A stretch of 64,000 nt of DNA from Bacteroidota bacterium (lineage in GTDB: Bacteria > Bacteroidota > Bacteroidia > UBA7662 > JAYUJN01), in NCBI GenBank assembly GCA_043765195.1, contig JAYUJN010000001.1, positions 6,171-70,170 on the forward strand, written 5' to 3'. The translations under genes and the position numbers were made by a program. Numbering within the stretch: the stretch's first letter is position 1; the number at the start of each line of letters is the position of its first letter. Positions 45,145 to 55,697 of the stretch are shown in pieces. Under the pieces are notes generated by a model. The model searched no databases. It had not been told where the DNA came from and was given only the letters and a program-made list of their open reading frames with translations.

Positions 45145-45513
45145 TTATTTTTTTAGCAATTTTGTTCCCAAGTCGCTCAGTGCCTTGCTTATCGTGGCTA
45201 TGTCGGCGGTATCGGTGGTTAGCGTGTTTATTTTAAGGTTTAGCTCTCGGCTTAGTTCCTGTATTTTTGCCAGAGCCTCGGTTTTATTTTGCGTAGTTTC
45301 GGTTTGTAGTTGGCTGGTGGTTTTGGCTATTTTTTCATCAAAATAAACCTTCAATGCGGCTATTTTTTCGCTTTGCTCCGTCATTTGTGCGGTTAGCCTA
45401 TCTTCCAAAAGGTTCAGGCGTTCTTCCAGTCCGCCCATTTCTTGCCCAAAAAGAATGTCTTTTAGAGCGTCCATTTTTGTGTAGTTCGTGGTATCTACGG
45501 TTTTGTTTGACAT
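45145..45513 (-). CDS. coiled-coil hypothetical protein (122 aa)
   Basis: Heptad-rich, Glu/Leu/Thr/Lys-rich ORF immediately downstream of parB on the same strand. Confidence 0.45.
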   Translation of the reverse strand: MSNKTVDTTNYTKMDALKDILFGQEMGGLEERLNLLEDRLTAQMTEQSEKIAALKVYFDEKIAKTTSQLQTETTQNKTEALAKIQELSRELNLKINTLTTDTADIATISKALSDLGTKLLKK

Positions 45514-45590
45514 AATTTTGTGGAGTTTTATGAGTTAGTACTAAGTTACAAATATAGCATTTATTGAAATAAATATGCCAAAAAATATTT

Positions 45591-46505
45591 TTATATATTC
45601 GGCGATGAAGCCTCCAAAATATCCAGCATTCTATTCAAATCGTCGTTCGAGAGGTAAGGAATAATAATTTCGCCCTTTCCGCTGTTTTGGTGCTTTATTT
45701 GCACCTTGCTATCCAGCTTCATGCGCAGTTTTTCTTGCACATCTAACACAAAAACTTGGTGCGGATTGTCGTTTTTCGGCTTTTCTGCTATTGGCTCTTT
45801 TTCTGCCTTGGGCTGCTCGAGTATGCGCACCAGCTCCTCTACTTTTCTTACGGTAAGGTCGTTTTTTATAATTTGGTCATAAATGCTTATTTGGTCGCTT
45901 ACCTCCTTTATGTTAATGAGCGCTCGGGCGTGTCCCATGCTCAGTTTTGCGTCTCTTATGCCTATCTGAATTACGGGTGGCAGTTTGAGCAAGCGCAAAA
46001 AATTGGTTACCGTCGTGCGGTTTTTGCCCACACGGTCGCCCAGTTCTTCTTGTTTTAGGCTGCATTCGTCTATCAGTCGGCGGTAGGCAAAGGCTATTTC
46101 CATCGCATTTAGGTTCTCACGTTGTATGTTTTCTATGAGCGCCATTTCTATCATGCCTTGGTTGTCGGTTTCGAGTACGTAGGCGGGTATGTCTTTGAGT
46201 TCGGCTATTTTCGAGGCACGCAAGCGGCGCTCGCCCGATACCAGTTGGTAGTGGTCGTAGCCAAGTTTGCGCACGGTTATGGGCTGTATAATGCCGTGCA
46301 TTACTATCGATGCGGCGAGTTCTTGCAGGGCATCTATCGGAAAATCGGTGCGTGGCTGGTATGGGTTCGTTTCTATTTGGGTGAGCAATATACGCCCCAA
46401 TGTGCCAGAAATAGGCGGTTGTGTATTTTTTATACTTTCGTTTATGTCGTTCGATAGTAGTGCGCCAAGTCCTCTGCCCAATGCGTTTCTTTTGGTGGTG
46501 TTCAT
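45591..46505 (-). CDS. parB: chromosome partitioning protein ParB/Spo0J
   Basis: Motifs GRGLGALL and the ParB box SGERRLRASK, plus an HTH region. Confidence 0.9.
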   Translation of the reverse strand: MNTTKRNALGRGLGALLSNDINESIKNTQPPISGTLGRILLTQIETNPYQPRTDFPIDALQELAASIVMHGIIQPITVRKLGYDHYQLVSGERRLRASKIAELKDIPAYVLETDNQGMIEMALIENIQRENLNAMEIAFAYRRLIDECSLKQEELGDRVGKNRTTVTNFLRLLKLPPVIQIGIRDAKLSMGHARALINIKEVSDQISIYDQIIKNDLTVRKVEELVRILEQPKAEKEPIAEKPKNDNPHQVFVLDVQEKLRMKLDSKVQIKHQNSGKGEIIIPYLSNDDLNRMLDILEASSPNI

Positions 46506-46529
46506 TATTTGCTATAAAAAAAGATTGGT

Positions 46530-47339
46530 TTATTTTTGATTTTCGTTTCTATTCGACTGCACAGGCTGGGCTATTAGGTGGTTTTTTACCAGCAGTTCTT
46601 TGGCTAAATTGATGTAATTTATAGCGCCTTTGCTGGCTGCATCGTGCATTATCACCGATTTTCCAAAACTCGGCGCTTCGCTGATGCGGGCGTTTCGGTG
46701 TATAATGGTTTTAAACGCCATGTCGCCAAAGTGGTTGGTTACCTCTTCCACCACTTGGTTCGAGAGCCGCAGCCTACCGTCGTACATCGTTAGCAGAATG
46801 CCTTCTATTTCTAAGGTCGCATTCAGGCGGGTTTGCACTATTTTTATGGTATTGAGCAGTTTACCCAAGCCCTCCAAGGCGTAATATTCGGTTTGCACGG
46901 GTATCACCACCGAGTTGGCGGCGGTAAGGGCGTTTATGGTTACCAAACCCAGCGATGGCGAGCAGTCTATGAATATAAAATCGTAGAGGTTTTTTATCGG
47001 CTCTATCATTTGTAGCATGATGCGCTCTCGGTTGGGGCGGTTTATCATTTCTATTTCTGCGCCCACAAGGTCGATGTGTGCGGGCAGCAAATCCAAAAAC
47101 GGCACTTCCGTTTTTACAATGGCATCTCGGGCTGGCACGCCGTTTATGAGGCAGTCGTATATGCCCGATTGTATGTTGTTTACGTCGGCACCCACGCCCG
47201 ATGTGGCGTTGGCTTGCGGGTCGGCATCTATGAGCAGGGTTTTATACTCGAGTACCGCCAGGCTCGCCGCCAAATTTATGGCGGTGGTTGTTTTTCCTAC
47301 TCCACCTTTTTGGTTGGCAACACAAATTACTTTGCCCAT
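46530..47339 (-). CDS. parA: chromosome partitioning ATPase ParA/Soj
   Basis: Deviant Walker A motif [16 protein letters not shown]. 269 aa. Confidence 0.9.
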   Translation of the reverse strand: MGKVICVANQKGGVGKTTTAINLAASLAVLEYKTLLIDADPQANATSGVGADVNNIQSGIYDCLINGVPARDAIVKTEVPFLDLLPAHIDLVGAEIEMINRPNRERIMLQMIEPIKNLYDFIFIDCSPSLGLVTINALTAANSVVIPVQTEYYALEGLGKLLNTIKIVQTRLNATLEIEGILLTMYDGRLRLSNQVVEEVTNHFGDMAFKTIIHRNARISEAPSFGKSVIMHDAASKGAINYINLAKELLVKNHLIAQPVQSNRNENQK

Positions 47340-47565
47340 TGTTTGTATGTATTTTTATTTGAAATCTTTTTTTAAAATAAAGCAGTTTAGGCGCAGCAAA
47401 ATCATTTTTTTGGGTAAAAAAACCCAAGTTCAGTTACAAAAATGCTGTGCGCTAAAATCAATTTTTTAAACCATAGTGTATTTGGCTCGGGTTGGCTAAG
47501 GTCAAAAATGTGCCACAAAGTTAGCTTTTTTTTTGTTAGCAAAATAAAACAAAAACGCCTCCTTT

Positions 47566-48177
47566 TTAAAAAGCGTAGCCCACACTAAATACCACCCTCG
47601 AGGGTCGGGTGTCGAACTGGTAGGTTTCGCCGCCCACCGTAATGCCGTTGCCTAAGCCCGATACGCTGCCCTCGTATTTTAAATCCAAGATGAGCTTGCC
47701 CAGTAAATCTACGCCCACGCCCGCTTGGTAGCCGTAGGTAAAGGCATCGTAATATACGTCGGCATCGGTTAGCTCCGACCAGTTACTAAGCGTGTAGCTG
47801 CCTATGGGTCCGGCTTGTATGCGCAGCGGTCCGGCTTTCATGCCTACCATTACGGGCAAATCCAGGTTGTACCTGCTGCCGTTGTAAGTATTTATAATGC
47901 TAGTGCCTGCCTGCTCTATGGTGTATTCCATCGTGCCTGAGTTTAGCAGGGCTTCGGGCTGTACGTACAGCGGGCCCAATTTTAGGCGCATAAACAAGCC
48001 AGCGTGCAGCCCAAATTTGCTGCTTAATACTTGCTGCGTGTTGCCGCTTATGGCGAGGCTTTGGGCTTGGCTGGGCGATGTGCTTAAACCCACACGTGCG
48101 CCGTATTTAAAAATTTGGGCGTGGGTAATGTTGGTTAGTGTAGCGAAAAAAAATAAAAGAGCGTACTGTTTTTTCAT
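47566..48177 (-). CDS. small outer-membrane beta-barrel (porin-family) protein
   Basis: Signal peptide, alternating beta-strand pattern, and a C-terminal aromatic residue (VVFSVGYAF). Confidence 0.65.
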   Translation of the reverse strand: MKKQYALLFFFATLTNITHAQIFKYGARVGLSTSPSQAQSLAISGNTQQVLSSKFGLHAGLFMRLKLGPLYVQPEALLNSGTMEYTIEQAGTSIINTYNGSRYNLDLPVMVGMKAGPLRIQAGPIGSYTLSNWSELTDADVYYDAFTYGYQAGVGVDLLGKLILDLKYEGSVSGLGNGITVGGETYQFDTRPSRVVFSVGYAF

Positions 48178-48206
48178 GGTACAAAAAAGTTTATTGGTTT
48201 AGATAC

Positions 48207-48214
48207 CAAAATTA
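48207..48214 (-). promoter_or_regulatory. -7 promoter box for the beta-barrel gene
   Basis: The reverse strand reads TAATTTTG. The ATG lies 30 nt downstream. Confidence 0.45.
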
Positions 48215-48251
48215 CATAAAAATATGCTTACTACCAAACGAAACTTTTGCG

Positions 48252-48259
48252 TAATTTTG
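48252..48259 (+). promoter_or_regulatory. -7 promoter box for icmF
   Basis: TAATTTTG lies inside the track's longer ORF (48224 start). ATG 48290 lies 31 nt downstream. Confidence 0.45.
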
Positions 48260-48289
48260 CACACATATCACCCTTTACTTTTTATTCTG

Positions 48290-51200
48290 ATGCAAAATGC
48301 CACGCCTTACCAGCCAAAAAACCATATAAGAATTGTTACGGCTGCCGCCCTCTTCGACGGGCACGATGCCGCCATAAACATCATGCGGCGCATCATGCAA
48401 AGCTCGGGCGCAGAGGTAATACACCTTGGGCATAACCGCTCGGTGCAAGAAATAGTAGCCTGCGCCGTACAAGAAGATGCGCAAGCGATAGCCATTACTT
48501 CGTACCAAGGCGGACATACCGAAACCCTAAAATATATGTACGACCTGCTAAAAGAACAGGGCGCAGCGCATATAAAAATATTTGGCGGCGGCGGCGGTAC
48601 TATATTGCCCAGCGAAATAGCCGAGCTGCATAGCTATGGCATTACCCGCATATACAGCCCCGACGATGGGCGCAGCATGGGCTTACAAGGCATGATAAAC
48701 GACTTGCTGCAACAAGCGGATTTTGCACTGGATTATACTGGCTTGCACACCAATACCAACGACAAAAAAAATGTGGCTCGGCTTATATCGTGTGCCGAAA
48801 ACGAACCCGAGCAGTTTTTGGAACTGAAAAAAAACCTACAACCCAATGCCACAAAAACACCGATATTGGGCATTACAGGCACGGGCGGTGCGGGCAAAAG
48901 TAGCTTGGTAGATGAGCTTATTCGGCGGTTTTTGATGGATTTTGACGATAAAACGCTCGCCATTATTTCGGTGGACCCGAGCAAGCGCAAAACGGGCGGC
49001 GCACTGCTCGGCGACAGAATACGCATGAACGCCATAAGCCCCGAGCTGGCTGGCACACGCATTTATATGCGCTCGCTCGCCACCCGCCAAAGCAACCTTG
49101 CCCTAAGTAAATACGTGCAAGATGCCTTAGATGTGGTAGCCGCAGCGGGTTTCGACCTTATTATACTCGAAACTTCGGGCATTGGGCAAAGCGACACCGA
49201 AATTATAGAGCATAGCCACGCCAGCCTTTATGTAATGACCCCAGAATACGGGGCGGCTACGCAGCTCGAAAAAATAGATATGCTCGACTTTGCCGACGTA
49301 ATAGCCCTAAATAAGTTTGACAAACGGGGCGGGCTGGACGCATTGCGTGATGTGAAAAAACAATACCAACGCAACCACAACCGCTGGGAGGAGGATTTAG
49401 ATGTGATGCCTGTGTTTGGTACGATAGCTTCGCAGTTTAATGACCCAGGCGTGAATAATTTGTACCACGCCATACTCAAAAAAATAACGGAGAAAACGGG
49501 TGCCGATTTTAGTACGTCTCATTTTTTGGGCAGCCAAGCCCAAAGCGAAAAAATTTATATTATTCCGCCGCAGCGCACACGCTATTTAGCCGAAATTACC
49601 GAAAAAATACAGGGCTACAACCAACAAACGGTAACACAAAGCCAGATAGCCGACCAACTTTTTGCGCTGACCGAAACCATAAAAATACTGGGCGCAGACC
49701 ACACCAGCGACGATGTGGCAACGAAGCTGCAAAAAAAGTTTGAGACCATACAAAAAGACCTAAATCCGCACCACTGGGACATACTGCAAAACTGGCAAAA
49801 AACGCTGAATAACTATAAGGGCGATGAGTTTGTGTACCAAGTGCGGGGCAAGGACATTAGGGTGCAAACCCGCAGCCGGAGCCTGTCGAACCTAAGCATA
49901 CCTCGGGTGGCTGTGCCTCGCTATACGAGCTGGGGCGACCAGCTTCGGTGGGCGTTGCAAGAGAATTTTGCGGGGGAGTTTCCATATACAGCGGGCGTTT
50001 TTCCGTTTAAACGGGAGGGCGAAGACCCCGCACGAATGTTTGCGGGCGAGGGCTGCCCCGAGCGCACCAACAAACGGTTTCACTACCTAAGCCTGGGTAT
50101 GCCCGCCAAGCGGTTGAGCACGGCTTTTGATAGCGTAACGCTTTATGGCGAAAACCCCGAGCTGCGACCCGATATTTATGGCAAAATAGGCAATGCGGGC
50201 GTGAGCATTTGCTGCCTGGACGATGCCAAAAAACTGTACTCGGGCTTTGATCTCTGCGACCCAAAAACCTCGGTGAGCATGACCATAAACGGACCTGCAC
50301 CGATGCTGCTGGCTTTTTTTATGAATGCCGCCATAGACCAACAATGCGAAAAATACATTGTGGCGCATGACCTGACGCACCTCGTAAACCAAAAACTGAC
50401 CGAAAAATACGACCAAAAAAACCTGCCACGCCCCCAATACAACAGCCAGCCGCTGCCCGAGGGAAACAACGGGTTGGGCTTGCTGCTGCTGGGCATTACG
50501 GGCGATGAAATACTGGAACCCGCCATTTACCAAAAAATAAAAAGTGATGCCATGAGCCAAGTGCGTGGCACGGTGCAAGCCGATATTTTGAAGGAAGACC
50601 AAGCCCAAAATACGTGTATTTTTAGCACCGAATTTGCGCTTAGGCTCATGGGCGACGTGCAAGCGTTTTTTATTGAGAACCAAATAAGGAACTTTTATTC
50701 GGTGAGTATATCGGGTTACCACATAGCCGAAGCGGGCGCAAACCCGATTACGCAGCTTGCTTTTACGCTGTCCAACGGGTTTACTTATGTGGAGTATTAT
50801 TTATCCAGGGGCTTGAATATCAATGACTTTGCGCCTAATTTGTCGTTCTTTTTTAGCAACGGAACCGACCCCGAGTACGCCGTGATAGGTAGGGTGGCGA
50901 GGCGTATATGGGCGAAGGCAATGAAGCTGAAATACGGCGCAAACGAGCGCAGCCAAATGCTGAAATACCACATACAAACGTCGGGGCGCAGCCTGCACGC
51001 CCAAGAAATAGATTTTAACGACATACGAACCACGCTGCAAGCGCTGTATGCCATATACGACAACTGCAACAGCCTGCACACCAATGCCTACGACGAAGCC
51101 ATAACCACGCCCACCGAGGAAAGCGTGCGCCGTGCCATGGCTATACAACTGATTATAAATAAGGAACTTGGCTTGGCAAAAAACGAAAACCCGATGCAGG

Positions 51201-51664
51201 GAGCATTTATAAACGACGAGCTAACGGACTTGGTGGAGGAAGCCGTGATTTTGGAGTTTAACCGCATATCGGAGCGGGGCGGCGTGCTGGGCGCAATGGA
51301 AAATATGTACCAGCGCAACAAAATACAAGAGGAAAGTATGCACTACGAAATGAAAAAACACACGGGCGAGCTGCCGATTATAGGCGTAAATACTTTTTTG
51401 AACAGCAAAGGCTCGCCCACCATACTGCCGCAAGAGGTAATAAGAGCCACCCAAGAAGAAAAGCAATGGCAGCTAAATACCGTAGCCAACCTGCACCAAA
51501 CCCACGCCCAAAAACTACAAGCGGGCTTAGAAAAATTGCAGGAGGCAGCCCTAAAAAACCAAAATATATTTGACTATTTAATGGAGCTAAGTCAGTTTTG
51601 TAGCCTCGGGCAAATGACCAACGCCCTGTACGCCGTAGGCGGGCAATACAGGCGGAATATGTAG
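48290..51664 (+). CDS. icmF: fused isobutyryl-CoA mutase (B12-binding domain + MeaB-like GTPase + mutase barrel), IcmF
   Basis: B12-binding DxHxxG ([10 protein letters not shown]), P-loop [17 protein letters not shown], and a long methylmalonyl-CoA-mutase-family C-terminal domain. Start moved to [16 protein letters not shown]. Confidence 0.9.
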   Translation: MQNATPYQPKNHIRIVTAAALFDGHDAAINIMRRIMQSSGAEVIHLGHNRSVQEIVACAVQEDAQAIAITSYQGGHTETLKYMYDLLKEQGAAHIKIFGGGGGTILPSEIAELHSYGITRIYSPDDGRSMGLQGMINDLLQQADFALDYTGLHTNTNDKKNVARLISCAENEPEQFLELKKNLQPNATKTPILGITGTGGAGKSSLVDELIRRFLMDFDDKTLAIISVDPSKRKTGGALLGDRIRMNAISPELAGTRIYMRSLATRQSNLALSKYVQDALDVVAAAGFDLIILETSGIGQSDTEIIEHSHASLYVMTPEYGAATQLEKIDMLDFADVIALNKFDKRGGLDALRDVKKQYQRNHNRWEEDLDVMPVFGTIASQFNDPGVNNLYHAILKKITEKTGADFSTSHFLGSQAQSEKIYIIPPQRTRYLAEITEKIQGYNQQTVTQSQIADQLFALTETIKILGADHTSDDVATKLQKKFETIQKDLNPHHWDILQNWQKTLNNYKGDEFVYQVRGKDIRVQTRSRSLSNLSIPRVAVPRYTSWGDQLRWALQENFAGEFPYTAGVFPFKREGEDPARMFAGEGCPERTNKRFHYLSLGMPAKRLSTAFDSVTLYGENPELRPDIYGKIGNAGVSICCLDDAKKLYSGFDLCDPKTSVSMTINGPAPMLLAFFMNAAIDQQCEKYIVAHDLTHLVNQKLTEKYDQKNLPRPQYNSQPLPEGNNGLGLLLLGITGDEILEPAIYQKIKSDAMSQVRGTVQADILKEDQAQNTCIFSTEFALRLMGDVQAFFIENQIRNFYSVSISGYHIAEAGANPITQLAFTLSNGFTYVEYYLSRGLNINDFAPNLSFFFSNGTDPEYAVIGRVARRIWAKAMKLKYGANERSQMLKYHIQTSGRSLHAQEIDFNDIRTTLQALYAIYDNCNSLHTNAYDEAITTPTEESVRRAMAIQLIINKELGLAKNENPMQGAFINDELTDLVEEAVILEFNRISERGGVLGAMENMYQRNKIQEESMHYEMKKHTGELPIIGVNTFLNSKGSPTILPQEVIRATQEEKQWQLNTVANLHQTHAQKLQAGLEKLQEAALKNQNIFDYLMELSQFCSLGQMTNALYAVGGQYRRNM

Positions 51665-51989
51665 GGAGTGGGGGGAAGGCATAATGTCAGTTTGGTAAAA
51701 TAGTTTTTTATTAAAAACAATATTTGTTGTTTCTGTTTTTTTTGTATATTTACAAAGTTGGATTATTTCATTATATTGCTCTTGTCAAGCCCCAAAACGT
51801 TAGCGGTCATTTTAAAATAGAACCGCACACCAAAAGTGGAAGAAACTACAAAATTGAGAAAAACAGAACAAATTCATAAATGACGATGAAAAATTTAAGA
51901 CCACTAAAGTCATTGAAAAACAATACATTATGAAATGTTTCCTTTATTTATGAGGGAAACATAAATACTTTTGAATAAAAATTGAAAAT

Positions 51990-53000
51990 ATGAAAGATTT
52001 GACCGTTTCGGCTATTGACCGACAAAACATAATTAATAATAAAAAAGCAGTACAGAATATACAAACTTATTTGGGTGTTACTGGTATGCTTTTTCAAGGT
52101 GAGTATAAATTTACACGACAACAAATTATAGAATTTTACGCTATAGACAATTCAACCATAGATAGATATTTATCTCAAAACCAAGAAGAATTAAAACATA
52201 ATGGTTATGTAAATCTAAAAGGGAAAGCACTTAAAGAATTTAAAGATGAATTTGGTTGGATGTTGCAGGAGGGAGCTAAGGCTCCGCAACTTGGCATTTT
52301 CAATTTTCGTTCATTTTTAAATTTGGGAATGCTGCTAACAGAGAGTGAAAAAGCTAAAGCATTAAGGAGTAAAATATTGGATATTGTAATTGACACTCTT
52401 AACCAAAAGTTAGGTGGCTCAACAAAGTATATTAACCAGCGTGAAGAAGATTTTTTAATTGCAATGGCTCGTGAGCCCGTTTATAGAAAAGAATTTACTG
52501 AAGCATTAAATAAATATTTGGAAATGGGGAACTATAAATATGCTGTTTATACCGATGCTATTTATAAAGCCATTTTTCTTGAAAAATCAGCTGAATATAA
52601 AGTGATTTTGAAGTTAGAAGAAAAAGAAAATATGAGGGACACAATGTATTCTGAGGTTCTTCGGTTGATTGCTTCGTTTGAAGTAGGAATAGCAGATGCA
52701 ATGAAGTTAAAATCTGAAAAACTGAATAGGAAACTGCAACCACCAGAATTAGATGAATTGATAGACGAATTTTCAAAACAACGATTTTGGACACCACAAA
52801 TTGAAGATGCAAGAAGCAAAATGGCAAGCCGAGATTATGGTTTAAGGAATATTATTCATGAAAGGTTAAAACCCTATATCAATTCACTAAATGCAGTGGA
52901 TTATGACAGATTTTTAGGAGATAAAAGTAAAGACCTTATACAAAGAGTAACAGAAAATCCTGACCTATTAGATGTTTTCAAACGATTAAAAGACCGATAA
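51990..53000 (+). CDS. hypothetical DNA-binding-like protein, 336 aa (possibly distant RhuM-like), upstream partner of Doc
   Basis: N-terminal HTH-like stretch KFTRQQIIEFYAIDNSTIDRYLSQNQEEL followed by a long helical region. Its stop TAA is separated from the doc ATG by a single nucleotide. The RhuM resemblance is weak and from memory only. Confidence 0.5.
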   Translation: MKDLTVSAIDRQNIINNKKAVQNIQTYLGVTGMLFQGEYKFTRQQIIEFYAIDNSTIDRYLSQNQEELKHNGYVNLKGKALKEFKDEFGWMLQEGAKAPQLGIFNFRSFLNLGMLLTESEKAKALRSKILDIVIDTLNQKLGGSTKYINQREEDFLIAMAREPVYRKEFTEALNKYLEMGNYKYAVYTDAIYKAIFLEKSAEYKVILKLEEKENMRDTMYSEVLRLIASFEVGIADAMKLKSEKLNRKLQPPELDELIDEFSKQRFWTPQIEDARSKMASRDYGLRNIIHERLKPYINSLNAVDYDRFLGDKSKDLIQRVTENPDLLDVFKRLKDR

Positions 53001-53001
53001 C

Positions 53002-53448
53002 ATGGCATTTGCATATTTTGATACTGCTCGTGCTATAACGATGCACGACGAAATAATAAATCAATCAGGTGGGTCGTTAGGCATTTTGAATATAGGCTTA
53101 TTAGAGAGTGTTATAGAGCATATTCAAAATGATTTTTATTATCCAAAATTTGAACACAAACTTACGCACCTATTCTTTTCAATTAATAAAAATCACAGCT
53201 TTCAAGATGGAAATAAAAGAGCTTCAATTGCATTGTCTGCTTATTTTTTGGAAATCAATAATTGTTCATTTAAAACAGAACAATTTATAGCTGAAATGGA
53301 AAACGTAGCAGTGGATGTAGCAGACAACAGAATTGATAAAGATTTGCTTTTTGAAATAATCCATTCAATAATTTACGAAGACGATTACACCGAAGAATTA
53401 AAATTGAAAATAATTTATGCCAAGGGATTTGATAACGAAGACCAATAA
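53002..53448 (+). CDS. doc: Fic/Doc-family toxin (death-on-curing type)
   Basis: Fic motif HSFQDGNKRAS (53194-53226) and N-terminal HDEIINQSGG, typical of Doc. 148 aa. Confidence 0.8.
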   Translation: MAFAYFDTARAITMHDEIINQSGGSLGILNIGLLESVIEHIQNDFYYPKFEHKLTHLFFSINKNHSFQDGNKRASIALSAYFLEINNCSFKTEQFIAEMENVAVDVADNRIDKDLLFEIIHSIIYEDDYTEELKLKIIYAKGFDNEDQ

Positions 53449-53670
53449 TCTTACAATTCAACAGCCCCCCCAACTCCAACATTTCCCCTCCACCCACACT
53501 CTGCGCTCCGCCCTGTGTTTCTAACAAAAGTTTTTTGGTGCGGTTGAAAATTACTTGCGTTTTTATTGTTTTTTTGCTTAATTTTGGGCTTGAAAATATG
53601 CTATAATTTGCGCCTTTTTGCAGTTTATAGCCCAAACCCACCACCTACGACCAAACCTAACGCCTACGCT

Positions 53671-55590
53671 ATGAGCCTATTAGTAAAAACATTTAGCCTA
53701 TTTACGGACTTTGATGCCAATTTGTTCAAATCGGGCAAGCACTTTAAATTATACGAAAAACTCGGCTCGCACATCGTAACCCACGACGGCGAAACGGGCG
53801 TTTACTTCGCCGTGTGGGCACCCAACGCCAAAAATGTAAGCGTTATCGGCAACTTTAACCACTGGCAGCCCTACCAGCACAACCTCTGCGCCCGCTGGGA
53901 CGGCACGGGCATCTGGGAGGGTTTTGTGCCACGCCTCGGCAAGGGCGAAGTGTATAAATACCACATTCACAGCCAACACAGCGATTTGCGCTTAGAAAAA
54001 GCCGATCCCTTTGCCTTTATGTGGGAAGTGCCGCCCAGCACCGCATCTATCGTTTGGGATTTGGATTACAAATGGAAAGACAAAAAATGGCTGGCTGCCC
54101 GCCTCAAAAAAAATGCGCTCGACCAACCATTTTCCGTGTATGAAATGCACATAGCCTCGTGGCGGCGCAAGCTCGACGAGGGCAATCGGTCGTTTACCTA
54201 CTTAGAGCTTGCCAAAGAACTGGTGGCGTACCTAAAAGCCATGCACTTTACGCACGTGGAGTTTTTGCCCGTAATGGAGCACCCCTACGGTCCGAGCTGG
54301 GGCTACCAGAGCTTGGGCTACTTCGCACCCTCGAGCCGTTTTGGCACGCCCCAAGAGTTTATGCAGCTCGTAGATGCGCTGCATGAGGCGGGCATCGGCG
54401 TTATTTTAGACTGGGTGCCCTCGCATTTCCCAGGCGATGCCCACGGCATACACAAGTTCGACGGCACCAGCCTCTACGAACACGAAGACCCCCGCCAAGG
54501 CTACCACCCCGACTGGAACTCCTGGATATTTAACTACGGGCGCAACGAAGTGCGCAGTTTTTTAATAAGCAGCGCAGGCTTTTGGTGCGATTTGTACCAT
54601 GCCGACGGGCTACGGGTAGATGCCGTAGCCTCCATGCTCTACCTCGATTATTCACGCAAAGAGGGCGAATGGATACCCAACCAATACGGCGGCAGAGAAA
54701 ACTTAGAAGCCATTTCGCTGCTCAAAGAACTAAACGAATACCTCTACACCAGTTTTGAAGGCATACAAACCATCGCCGAAGAAAGCACGGCGTTCCCCAT
54801 GATTTCTCGCCCCGTGTATTTGGGCGGGTTGGGTTTTGGCATGAAATGGATGATGGGCTGGATGAACGACACCCTCCAATACTTTAAACGAGACCCATAT
54901 TACCGCCAATACCACCAAGGCGAAATCACATTTAGCCTCGTGTACGCATTCACCGAAAATTTTATGCTGCCCTTTTCCCACGACGAAGTGGTGCACGGCA
55001 AAGGCTCGCTACTAAGCCGTATGCCTGGCGATGCGTGGCAAAAGTACGCCAATCTCAGGCTGCTGTACGCCTATATGTTTTCGCACCCAGGCACCAAGCT
55101 CATATTTATGGGCTGCGAGTTTGGGCAATTTACCGAGTGGAGCCACGAGGGGCAGCTACCCTGGGAACTCACCCACCAACCCAACAACCAAGGCATTCAA
55201 AAGCTATTTGCGGAGCTAAACAGGCTATATACAACCGAAAAAGCGTTTTTTGAGCTGCAATTTTCGCCCGAGGGCTTCGAGTGGATAGACCACAGCGACA
55301 CCCAAAACAGCATAATTAGCTACGTGCGAAAAAGCAAAAACGGCAAAGACCAAATAATGGTAATATGCAACCTAACGACCATACCACGAAACAATTATAG
55401 ATTGGGCGCAACCAAAGCAGGCACGTGGCAGCAAATACTAAACACCGACGACCTTGCCTACGGTGGCAGCCAATACCAAATAGCGCCCCAAGCCAAAACC
55501 GAAGCCATAGAAAGCCACGGCAAAGCGCAATCGGTGCTGCTAAACCTACCGCCGCTCGGTGTAATTATGCTCAAACACAGCAAAGGATAA
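53671..55590 (+). CDS. glgB: 1,4-alpha-glucan branching enzyme
   Basis: GH13 motifs HADGLRVDAVASMLY, IAEESTAFP and LPFSHDEVVHGK. Start moved to ATG 53671 (MSLLVKTFSLFTDFD); the 35 upstream codons of the track ORF look non-coding. Confidence 0.9.
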   Translation: MSLLVKTFSLFTDFDANLFKSGKHFKLYEKLGSHIVTHDGETGVYFAVWAPNAKNVSVIGNFNHWQPYQHNLCARWDGTGIWEGFVPRLGKGEVYKYHIHSQHSDLRLEKADPFAFMWEVPPSTASIVWDLDYKWKDKKWLAARLKKNALDQPFSVYEMHIASWRRKLDEGNRSFTYLELAKELVAYLKAMHFTHVEFLPVMEHPYGPSWGYQSLGYFAPSSRFGTPQEFMQLVDALHEAGIGVILDWVPSHFPGDAHGIHKFDGTSLYEHEDPRQGYHPDWNSWIFNYGRNEVRSFLISSAGFWCDLYHADGLRVDAVASMLYLDYSRKEGEWIPNQYGGRENLEAISLLKELNEYLYTSFEGIQTIAEESTAFPMISRPVYLGGLGFGMKWMMGWMNDTLQYFKRDPYYRQYHQGEITFSLVYAFTENFMLPFSHDEVVHGKGSLLSRMPGDAWQKYANLRLLYAYMFSHPGTKLIFMGCEFGQFTEWSHEGQLPWELTHQPNNQGIQKLFAELNRLYTTEKAFFELQFSPEGFEWIDHSDTQNSIISYVRKSKNGKDQIMVICNLTTIPRNNYRLGATKAGTWQQILNTDDLAYGGSQYQIAPQAKTEAIESHGKAQSVLLNLPPLGVIMLKHSKG

Positions 55591-55622
55591 AAAGCTGGTT
55601 TACACCAAGCCCAAAAACCAAT
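55492..55622 (+). repeat. copy A of a direct repeat (functional 3' end of glgB plus ~30 nt downstream)
   Basis: 55495-55590 aligns without gaps to 58159-58254 (88 of 96 nt identical). Weaker, gapped similarity continues about 30 nt past the stop. Confidence 0.8.
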
Positions 55623-55697
55623 TTTGCCAAAAAAATATTCTTGCTTTGTTTCATTTGCCCCAAACACCTACAACACAGGCATTTGGGGTAAATTCTC

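Larger units (their letters stand above)
51664..53477 (+). mobile_element. AT-rich two-gene cassette bounded by short G-rich inverted repeats (putative horizontally acquired module; no transposase)
   Basis: The left border GGAGTGGGGGG (51665-51675) starts 1 nt after the icmF TAG. The right border CCCCCCCAACTCC (53465-53477) is its reverse complement with one extra T and one extra G. The interior is far more AT-rich by eye than icmF or glgB. Confidence 0.35.

Noticed and set aside
51881-51934. Tiny ORF (MTMKNLRPLKSLKNNTL) and a weak GTTTCC/GGAAAC hairpin in the cassette leader
   Set aside because: The ORF is too short and AT-biased to separate from chance, and the hairpin stem is only 6-7 bp.
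53449-53670. glgB upstream region: CTATAATTTGCG as a -7 promoter box
   Set aside because: It is off by one from TAnnTTTG (it reads TAnnnTTTG or TAnTTTG depending on register), so it was not listed as a promoter.
55650-55690. CCCCAAA ... TTTGGGG pairing between the convergent glgB and SulP-CA genes as a terminator
   Set aside because: The stem is only 7 bp with an 18-nt loop and no flanking T/A runs. That is too weak to call.
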